Below are positions 56,648 to 64,000 of a stretch of 64,000 nt of DNA, in pieces; within the stretch, counting starts at the first letter, position 1; each line of letters starts with the position of its first letter. The DNA is from Candidatus Melainabacteria bacterium 17Bon1m (GTDB lineage: Bacteria > Cyanobacteriota > Vampirovibrionia > Obscuribacterales > Obscuribacteraceae). The stretch covers positions 32,001 to 96,000 of the forward strand of contig JAVLKG010000005.1 of NCBI GenBank assembly GCA_032128875.1, read 5' to 3'. The notes under the pieces were generated by a model. That model saw only the letters and a program-made list of their open reading frames with translations. It was not told the DNA's origin and made no database searches. Made by a program: the position numbers and the translations under genes.

Positions 56648-57682
56648 ATGGCACGTCATCCTGTGCTCGGCCCCGATGAGGTCACCAAAGCTGCGCGTGC
56701 GCGGCTGCTGTGGACCTGGGCCAAAACTATCTTTGGCTATCTGATCATGGGCGGTCTGGTTCTGGCTGCTCTGGTGGCTGTCAATTTCCAATACACGATC
56801 GGCTTCGGCGCCCTCTGGTGCTTGCTGCCCGTCGTGATGTGGTGGTTCAGTGCGGATATCGCCCTGAAACTCCAGAAAGCGGTTCCCGTCGATCCTTCCA
56901 AGCCGGAAGATCAGCGTCTCATCGCCATCGTCGACAAGGTGTTCCCCAAGAGCGGCTTGAAGTTCAAGCCCAAGGTGTACATCGCCGACAATCCCCTTCC
57001 CAACGCGTTTGCCACCGGCCCGATTCATCGCAAGGCGGTCGTGGCTGCGACCAAGGGGCTTTTCCAATGCGGCATGACCGACGACGAAATCGAAGCGGTC
57101 TTCGCGCACGAACTGGGTCACGTGAAGAATTACGATGTGGGCATCAACAGCCTCATCTCGGTTCTTTCATCGCTCTTCTTCCTGATCTCCGATCAGGCTG
57201 TTCGCGCGCTCGTCGGCACCATCCGCATCTTCCAGAAGGACTTCGGCTTCCAGACCGGTCGCAAGAAGGGCTTCATCACGGGCGTCCTGGAATGGGTGCT
57301 CATGTACGCGATCTTCTGGCTGACCGGCCAGGTGACTCGCGTCATCCAGCTTTTCGTCGTGCGCTCGCGTGAATCCGGCGCCGACGCTACCGGGTCGCTC
57401 ATGACCCTGAAGCCGTGCGATCTCTCGATGGCGCTCCAGAAGCTGGTTGCGTACGTCGAGAAGAACCGGCCGAAGGGTCGCGATGCCGAGGTCTTCCGGG
57501 TGTTCCGCCCGATGATGACTATCGACCCGATCTTCGACGCTCTGGCGCCGGACCCGAAGCCTGTGGGCATCTGGGGCCGCGTGAAGGCGTTCTGGAAGTA
57601 TCTGCAGCTCACGCACCCGCCGGTTTCCGAGCGTATCGCCGAGCTGGAGAAGATGGCGGGCGGCGCCTGCCCCCGTCTCTAA
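56648..57682 (+). CDS. htpX: HtpX-like M48 membrane zinc metalloprotease
   Basis: PNAFATG, AHELGHVKNYD, SRE..AD, THPP...RI; GGAGG RBS. Confidence 0.9.
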   Translation: MARHPVLGPDEVTKAARARLLWTWAKTIFGYLIMGGLVLAALVAVNFQYTIGFGALWCLLPVVMWWFSADIALKLQKAVPVDPSKPEDQRLIAIVDKVFPKSGLKFKPKVYIADNPLPNAFATGPIHRKAVVAATKGLFQCGMTDDEIEAVFAHELGHVKNYDVGINSLISVLSSLFFLISDQAVRALVGTIRIFQKDFGFQTGRKKGFITGVLEWVLMYAIFWLTGQVTRVIQLFVVRSRESGADATGSLMTLKPCDLSMALQKLVAYVEKNRPKGRDAEVFRVFRPMMTIDPIFDALAPDPKPVGIWGRVKAFWKYLQLTHPPVSERIAELEKMAGGACPRL

Positions 57683-57959
57683 TTCTCGAAACAGGCTGGG
57701 TAAGCCTGTTTCTAAACGACAGCTCTAACGGGCACAGAAAGCGGATGTGAGGCATCGAATCTGTCTCATGTTCGCATTCGCGGGAGAAGCGCATGCGCTT
57801 CTCCTGCGGATTGAGAAGACGAACCTTTGCTCCCTCCATCATCGCCGGAATTCAGTCGAACTCTGGCGAATCGCAAGTCGAGCTTGGCGAAGTTTTTGCG
57901 GTCGAACATTTCGACCCGATTCGCTAAGCACAGAGACCAAACAGATTCGGAGAATTTCA

Positions 57960-59510
57960 GTGAGCAAGAAGACATCACGCAAGAACGCCAACCTCGTTCG
58001 CTCTTCCGAGGGCGAAAACACAGTCCTGACCGTGTACCAGGGCTTCGGTGTCGTGCAGCAGACGCGTCCGCTGCATCTCAAGGACGGCGCCAACGAGATT
58101 CAGCTGCAGGGCATGCCCCAGCAGTACATCCCCAGCACGCTAGTTGTGCTGGACTTCCAGGGAGTCGGCAGCTTTACGCTCGGTCCCGTTTCCTACCAGC
58201 AGGCCAACTTCACGTCGGCTGCCATCCTCCAGAAGTCGGTCGGCAAGCGCATCAACCTCAAGGTTCGCTCCAACTCCGGTCGCCAACGCGCCTTGGAAGG
58301 CACGCTTCAGGCGGTGCTCTCCGACCAGCTGCTGATTCAGAAGGCAAACGAGAAGATCGCTCTGGTGCGCTTCCAAGACATGGAAGAGACAGAGCTGATG
58401 GACGGTCTGCCCGAAGGTCTGAACGAGAAGGCTCACCTGGCGGTTTCGGCTCTGGCCGACAGCGCCGGCAGCTACAGCGTTCGCATCCTCTTCCGCACGA
58501 GCGGGCTGGGCTGGAGCGCCAACCACAACGCCGTCTATGACGAGAACGCGGGGCGCCTGACGCGCTTCGACAGCTCCGTCTTCGTGACCAACAGCTCCGG
58601 CGCCGCCTACCACGACGCCGAGCTGCATCTGCTTGCCGGCAATATCGGCCAGCCGCAGCAGGACTTCGGTCTGGAGTCGGCCGGCGGCGGCATGCGCATG
58701 ATGGCTGCGGCTGCGCCCAAGCGCTTCAACGTGCGCCAGGCGACCGCGCAGACCGTCGGTGAGCACAAGCTCTACTCGGCTCCCGCCAAGGTCACGCTTC
58801 TGGAAGGCGAGAGCCTCCAGGTGCCTCTCTTCCAGGCTCACGATGTGCCCGTCACGCGCGAGTACTTCCTGCCCGCCCGCAACCCGTATCAGGGTTACGG
58901 TCAGGAAGGCGAAGGGCTGTCGCCGGTTTCGATTCGCCTGAAGCTGGTCAACGACGCCGAGCACAAGCTGGGCAACCCGCTTCCTGCCGGCGAAGTGTCC
59001 ATCTACCAGCCGGACGCCTCCGGCACGCTGCAGCTGACCGGCTCGGCCAGCCTCGACCACGTCACCACCGGTGAAGCCTTCGGGCTGACCATCGGCACCT
59101 CCAGCGACATCAAGGCCGAGCGCAAGCAGGTCGAGGCATACGAGGAAGTCGAAGGCGACGGTGACGGCGGCGACGGCAGCGATGGCGGCGAAGTCGGCGG
59201 TCACGAAGTGATGGCCAGCCCGGTTGCGATGGGTCCGGCGCGCTCGGCGCCTAAGCGCGCTCAGCCGGAGCAATCCGACGAAGAGGCGCCCAAGTTCCGC
59301 GTCGAGCGTTGGGAAGTGACCCTGCACAACTTCAAGACTGACCGAGAAGTGGAAGTGGTCGTACTGGAAGACCTCGGCGAGAACGCCGAGCTGCTCGAGA
59401 GCACGCACGATTTCTCGAAGGAGACTTCGTGCCGCTACACCGCCACCGTCAAGGTGGAAGCGCAGGGCAAGGCGACGCTTGCTTACACCGTGCGCACCAA
59501 GATCAACTAA
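57960..59510 (+). CDS. DUF4139-domain protein
   Basis: LTVYQGFGVV, GLGWSA, TNSSGAAY..AEL.LLAG and PLPAGEVSIY motifs; GGAG RBS with GTG start. Confidence 0.8.
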   Translation: MSKKTSRKNANLVRSSEGENTVLTVYQGFGVVQQTRPLHLKDGANEIQLQGMPQQYIPSTLVVLDFQGVGSFTLGPVSYQQANFTSAAILQKSVGKRINLKVRSNSGRQRALEGTLQAVLSDQLLIQKANEKIALVRFQDMEETELMDGLPEGLNEKAHLAVSALADSAGSYSVRILFRTSGLGWSANHNAVYDENAGRLTRFDSSVFVTNSSGAAYHDAELHLLAGNIGQPQQDFGLESAGGGMRMMAAAAPKRFNVRQATAQTVGEHKLYSAPAKVTLLEGESLQVPLFQAHDVPVTREYFLPARNPYQGYGQEGEGLSPVSIRLKLVNDAEHKLGNPLPAGEVSIYQPDASGTLQLTGSASLDHVTTGEAFGLTIGTSSDIKAERKQVEAYEEVEGDGDGGDGSDGGEVGGHEVMASPVAMGPARSAPKRAQPEQSDEEAPKFRVERWEVTLHNFKTDREVEVVVLEDLGENAELLESTHDFSKETSCRYTATVKVEAQGKATLAYTVRTKIN

Positions 59511-59689
59511 GCTGCGGTCGGAATGTCCGATCGAAGTACTGAAGCGTGGGCAACTCCGTCCAAAGCGGCCAGTTGCTCACGGCTTTGTTAATGCAGATTC
59601 TGCGCGCGTTGACAGTAACGCGCGTCACACAAGACAAGTCCGAGCGCTGCGCCAAAACGCGGCGCTCAGAATCCAATGGAGCATCAAAC

Positions 59690-60772
59690 ATGACTTCCAA
59701 TCAGAAGAATCGTTTGAGTCTGCGCTCAATTCTCGCCATTGGTCTCGTGGCTGGGCTCGCCTTCACCCTTACCGGGTGCAAGGACGACTCTCAGTCCACG
59801 ACCACCAACCCGCCTCAACAGGTTCCCGCTCAGCCGACCGCACCACCTCTGGTGCGCACGGTCAAGCTGATGCCGCCTGAGTCAGGTGAGAACCAGCGCG
59901 TCTACAAAGCGACCCGAGATGGCACGCTTGTGGAGATGACGATCGACTATCGCGACGGGCGTTTGGAAACTTATACCTACCGCCCCGACCAGACCGTCAG
60001 CCGCAAGCAGGAGTTCTACCCGTACACCGGTGTGCTGAAGAGCACCACCGACTACGCCAATGACGGCACCACCGTCGTCGCCGAGACCATCAATCGCGGC
60101 ACCGGCACCCTCGAGCTGACGCGCAAGACCCTTGCCGACGGCACGCTCGAAACCACGCGCTATCGCGTGGACGGCAAGCGCCTGCATTCAGTCACTCACG
60201 AACTGAACGGCGCCCTTGTCGACGCCACCTTCTATCGTCAGGACGGCAAGGCGCTCTGGGCAACCGCCAAGGTGCTCAACGCCAACGAGACCGAGGTGAA
60301 GTTCTACAACGCTGCCGGACAGGTCGAGAAGATCCGCACGGCGAAGACCAGCAACAGTGGCTACAGCTCGAATGTCGAGTTCAGTATCACTGTTCTGCGC
60401 CCCGACTCCACGGTCGCCTACAAGCAGTCCTGGAGCGGCTACCAGAGCAGCTACTACCGCAGCATTTCGCTGAAGACGGTCGAAGAGTACGAGGACGACG
60501 GCAAGACGCTCAAGCGTAAGCTGACGCTCAACTACAGCGGCACCACCGTTCAGGAAGCTGTCGTGTACGAGAACGGCGTCAAGAAGACGGTCCGCACCTA
60601 TCGCTGGGACGGCACGCTCGAAACCGAGAAGACCTACGACTCGGCGGGCACCGTGACGTCGACCCAGACCCACACTTCTTCGGAGAACCTGAAGGAGACC
60701 GTGGCGCCTGAACTGATTGCCGACCAGAGCGCGGACGACCCGCTGGCCTTCAAGCCCGGCGACTTCCAGTAA
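59690..60772 (+). CDS. Lipoprotein with beta-hairpin (MORN-variant/YwqK-like) repeats
   Basis: Lipobox LTGC; repeated Y(R/D)xDG motifs. Confidence 0.78.
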   Translation: MTSNQKNRLSLRSILAIGLVAGLAFTLTGCKDDSQSTTTNPPQQVPAQPTAPPLVRTVKLMPPESGENQRVYKATRDGTLVEMTIDYRDGRLETYTYRPDQTVSRKQEFYPYTGVLKSTTDYANDGTTVVAETINRGTGTLELTRKTLADGTLETTRYRVDGKRLHSVTHELNGALVDATFYRQDGKALWATAKVLNANETEVKFYNAAGQVEKIRTAKTSNSGYSSNVEFSITVLRPDSTVAYKQSWSGYQSSYYRSISLKTVEEYEDDGKTLKRKLTLNYSGTTVQEAVVYENGVKKTVRTYRWDGTLETEKTYDSAGTVTSTQTHTSSENLKETVAPELIADQSADDPLAFKPGDFQ

Positions 60773-60815
60773 GCGCCCTCTCAATCGGAACGAAAGTTCC
60801 TGCGGTGGACAGAGT

Positions 60816-60846
60816 GAAGGGAGTGGCTTTTTAGCTGCTCCCTTCC
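60816..60846 (+). terminator. Terminator-like hairpin
   Basis: GAAGGGAGTGGCT / AGCTGCTCCCTTC inverted repeat after the stop codon. Confidence 0.55.
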
Positions 60847-60993
60847 TCTGATTCGCCCACTAAAAAAATCCTGGGTGCCGGAAATGGTTCTGGCGCCTGC
60901 CTTGCATTTTGTTTGCGGTTCCTAGCCTCTCAAGGTGACGGAAATTTTTGTGCGCCAATTTTCGGCGCGCCTGTCTCTAAGGAGCACAACCCA

Positions 60994-62814
60994 ATGAGCG
61001 TACGTAAAAGGTGGGGGCTGACGATCACCATCGCCGGCCTCGCTGCACTCGTCTGCTTTTTCTTCGCCCCTGACTCGCTCAACCCCTTCGCGCGCACCGT
61101 TGCGCTCAAGGGCCACACGCCTCCGGCTGTGGGTGAGTCGCAACTGGTCAGCCATGCTGACCCAAATGAAGTTCAGACTGTGGTCATCGGTCTGGCACTG
61201 AAGAACGAAGCAGATCTCGAAAAACTGATCGACGAGCAGGACGACCCCAGCTCGGCGAACTATCAGAAGTATCTGACCACCGATGAGTTCAAGGCCACCT
61301 ATTCGCCGGACCAGGCGGACGTGGACGCGGTTACTGACTGGGCGAAGAATAACGGCTTGACCGTTGTCGACGTCAGTGATAACCGCACCCTGATCGAAAT
61401 CGAAGGGACCACTGAGCAGTTCGAGAAGGCCTTTCAGGTCAAGCTCAACCGCTATCGTCTCCAGCGCGCCGGTGTCGCCGGTGGTGCTGTCGAGTACACC
61501 TCAAACGCGAGCGATCCTCGCATCCCGAGCCATCTGAGTTCGATCGTCCAGTCGGTGATCGGCCTCAACTCAGCGGCTAAGTTCGAAAGCCGTATGCGGC
61601 TGGCGCCGACTCAGCCAATCAGTCACATGACCACGCTGCAGTCGCACGCCAACCCGTACGGACTCGGACCGAAGGACGTCGCCAACGTCTACAACTTCCC
61701 CAACAAGAACAACCGCAACGCCAACGTCAACTACGACGGCACTGGGCGCACGGTTGCCATTGCCACGGCCTACACCTACAACCAGTCGGACGTGGACAAT
61801 TACTGGAAGCAGTACGGCATCGTCCGCACCGGAACCATTCGCAACATTTACATCAAGGGTCAGGCGACGCAGGCCGACGGTGAAACCACCCTCGATCTGC
61901 AGCAGCTCGGTGCTCAGGCGCCGGGTGCCAACATCCTGATGTACATCGCCAAGGATCCGGCGTTTACCAAGTTCACCAAGGTGTTCAACCAGATCGTCGT
62001 CGACAACGAAGCCGACGCGGTGTCGGTGAGCTGGGGACTGTGCGAAGTCTGGACTGGCAGCCGCCAGATGAAGACCGAGCACAACATCTTCCTGCAGGCG
62101 GCCTCTCAGGGCATCGTCATCTTTGCCGCTGCCGGCGACGATGGTGCTTACGATTGCCGCGGCATGAAGAAGGTCGAATACGCGGTCGACTACCCGTCTT
62201 CCGACCCTTATGTCACCGCTGTCGGTGGCACCGAGCTCCACTACTCCAACGGTCGCCGCACTCGCGAAGAGGCGTGGACCGGCACGGGTGGTGGCAAGTC
62301 GAGCAACTACAAGCGCAAGAGCTGGCAGACCGGTCCCGGCGTCCCGGTTGGTGACGAACGCGTCACCTCCGACGTCTCGATGGCTGCCGACCCCGCCACG
62401 CCATACGCAATCCTGTTTGAGGGCAACTGGATCGCCTCGGGCGGAACCAGTATCTCTGCTCCCAACTGGGCGGCTCTGTGGGTAGCATCCACTCAGGCTG
62501 CAGGCAAGCGCATCGGCTCAGGCAACGCTCGCATCTATCGCATGGGCAACTCCGCCGACTACGGCACGCTGTTCTACGACATCACCAAGGGTGATAACGG
62601 AGACGGCCGTGGCCCGGGCTATCCCACCGGCACTGGCTGGGATCACCCGACTGGCTGGGGGGCGCCCAATGGCGTGAACATCGTCGATTGGCTGGTCAAG
62701 GACGTGAAGCGTCCGGCCACGCCGAAGGCGGTTCTGCCCACCGCTCCCGCTGTTATTGCTCCCGAAAAGAATCCCGGCGACACCAAGGCGCCGGCGACCA
62801 CCGAAGGGCAGTAA
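60994..62814 (+). CDS. S53 (sedolisin/kumamolisin) serine peptidase with pro-domain
   Basis: Pro-domain YQKYLTTDEF; ETTLD (Glu/Asp), SVSWG, AAGDDG, GGTSISAP (Ser), WD..TGWG.P. Confidence 0.93.
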   Translation: MSVRKRWGLTITIAGLAALVCFFFAPDSLNPFARTVALKGHTPPAVGESQLVSHADPNEVQTVVIGLALKNEADLEKLIDEQDDPSSANYQKYLTTDEFKATYSPDQADVDAVTDWAKNNGLTVVDVSDNRTLIEIEGTTEQFEKAFQVKLNRYRLQRAGVAGGAVEYTSNASDPRIPSHLSSIVQSVIGLNSAAKFESRMRLAPTQPISHMTTLQSHANPYGLGPKDVANVYNFPNKNNRNANVNYDGTGRTVAIATAYTYNQSDVDNYWKQYGIVRTGTIRNIYIKGQATQADGETTLDLQQLGAQAPGANILMYIAKDPAFTKFTKVFNQIVVDNEADAVSVSWGLCEVWTGSRQMKTEHNIFLQAASQGIVIFAAAGDDGAYDCRGMKKVEYAVDYPSSDPYVTAVGGTELHYSNGRRTREEAWTGTGGGKSSNYKRKSWQTGPGVPVGDERVTSDVSMAADPATPYAILFEGNWIASGGTSISAPNWAALWVASTQAAGKRIGSGNARIYRMGNSADYGTLFYDITKGDNGDGRGPGYPTGTGWDHPTGWGAPNGVNIVDWLVKDVKRPATPKAVLPTAPAVIAPEKNPGDTKAPATTEGQ

Positions 62815-62947
62815 AAACTGCGATTACTTATTCCGAACCACAAGAAGAAAAGGCCGCGAGGGCCCCCGGACGAATGTAGACAGTCGACGCATGGCGTCGA
62901 CCCTACGGGTTCTCCGGGGGCTTTCGCCAGCCGCCAGTGGAAAAGTA

Positions 62948-63535
62948 ATGTCATACAAATACCGAGTAGCTGTCGTTCTCGGCAGTGGATTGAAAGCTGA
63001 CGGCAGCGCTACTCCAGTCACGGAGATTCGTGCAATTGCCGCGGCTGAATTGCTTGCAACCAAGGGGCGGATGAAAATCATCTGCTCAGGCTCACGCCCC
63101 CCGGACGACAAGGGTGAACACGGCACCACCGAAGCAAAGGTGATGGCCGATATCATCGTTGCTCAGGGCATCTCGGCGAAGCGCATACTTCTGGAAGACC
63201 AGTCTTTCGACACTCTGGGCAACGCCATCTTCACGGTGGATCGTTATCTCAAGGGCAAGAAGGGCGGAACGCTTTACGTGGTCACCTCGCCATTCCACAT
63301 GGAACGCGCACTGTACCTTTTCAGGCACGTGCTCGGACCGAAGTGGACGGTGGTCGCCCACGCATCGCCCGAATGGTCAAAGGAAACGCGCCAGCCTGGT
63401 GCACCTGCTGCTCTCAAACGCGCAGAGGAATTCTGTGCGGGTGCTGAGCCGGGTGATCTTGCCACTCTGAAGAAGAAGCTCTTCGAGCTGATTCCAGCGT
63501 ATGTCGGCAGGACCGAGTCGAACAAGGTTGCATAA
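62948..63535 (+). CDS. YdcF/DUF218 (ElyC/SanA-like) protein
   Basis: VVLGSG, CSG, TEA, EDQSFDTLGNA, VTSPFHMERA. Confidence 0.88.
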   Translation: MSYKYRVAVVLGSGLKADGSATPVTEIRAIAAAELLATKGRMKIICSGSRPPDDKGEHGTTEAKVMADIIVAQGISAKRILLEDQSFDTLGNAIFTVDRYLKGKKGGTLYVVTSPFHMERALYLFRHVLGPKWTVVAHASPEWSKETRQPGAPAALKRAEEFCAGAEPGDLATLKKKLFELIPAYVGRTESNKVA

Positions 63536-63873
63536 TCGAAGCGCGTAATTCGCGTGATCTGGTCTAAGGCACACAACTGTGTGTTTCTCAAAAGGGATAC
63601 CTATGCCATCTTCTGTTCTCTCGGAAACGGGCAGCAGTTGTAGGTATGCATGTGTCGTTCGCAAGAATGCATATGCCGGAGTTGGTTGGAAAGTTGTGGA
63701 GAATATGTAGGTGAGCCGATTTCGGCAACCTCAGTTCTCTCGACTTTTCAGCCTCTCTGCTTTGTGCATGCTGCTACTATGTTAAGTAGTAAACATCCTT
63801 TACACCCAATCGCGCAGCCTTTCTCACGTCCTGGGAGTTGCACGAGGGTTGCACGCAGAGCCGATTATAAAAC

Positions 63874-64000
63874 CTAAGTCAGTGCTTCAAGATCGCACTC
63901 GATAACATAACCGGATGAAGGAATTGTTTTAACGAAATCCTCTCGGGACGCTGTTCCCAGCTTCTTGCGCAGGTTGCGCATCCAGCTTCTGACCGTATCA
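63874..64000 (-). CDS. Partial CDS: C-terminus of an OmpR/PhoB-family response regulator
   Basis: Read by hand: DTVRSWMRNLRKKLGTASREDFVKTIPSSGYVIECDLEALT*, the winged-helix recognition helix and wing. Confidence 0.8.
   Translation of the reverse strand, partial: DTVRSWMRNLRKKLGTASREDFVKTIPSSGYVIECDLEALT

Overview
Bacterial chromosomal window of about 55 CDS. I saw no rRNA, tRNA, CRISPR array, transposase or integrase. The gene types (many TPR/Sel1 proteins, tandem MshEN-like repeat proteins, a giant low-complexity LysM-like protein, NarL two-component pairs) resemble Candidatus Melainabacteria/Obscuribacterales; this is inference only. By eye, blocks of genes strongly biased to G/C-ending codons alternate with more AT-balanced blocks. 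Main highlights: (1) a compact six-gene cluster at 42.0-48.7 kb encoding two Fe(II)/2OG-type dioxygenases, a glycosyltransferase resembling cytosylglucuronate-synthase relatives, an HprK-like P-loop kinase, a second GT-B and a Gfo/Idh/MocA oxidoreductase, which looks like an orphan nucleoside/sugar-modification pathway, with a NadE-like/SDR/NUDIX operon 3.6 kb away; (2) a hidden probable selenoprotein at 19293-20309, a lipoprotein redoxin split by the ORF caller at an in-frame TGA that falls at the first position of a UxxC motif and is followed by a SECIS-like hairpin; (3) a soluble histidine kinase whose input region is three MshEN-like (c-di-GMP-binding type) units; (4) two membrane-anchored NUDIX hydrolases; (5) a dispersed family of GTAG-type REP-like palindromes; (6) a frameshifted Na+/H+ antiporter remnant and a MocR regulator lacking the PLP lysine. 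All family assignments come from motif recognition by eye; no database searches were run.
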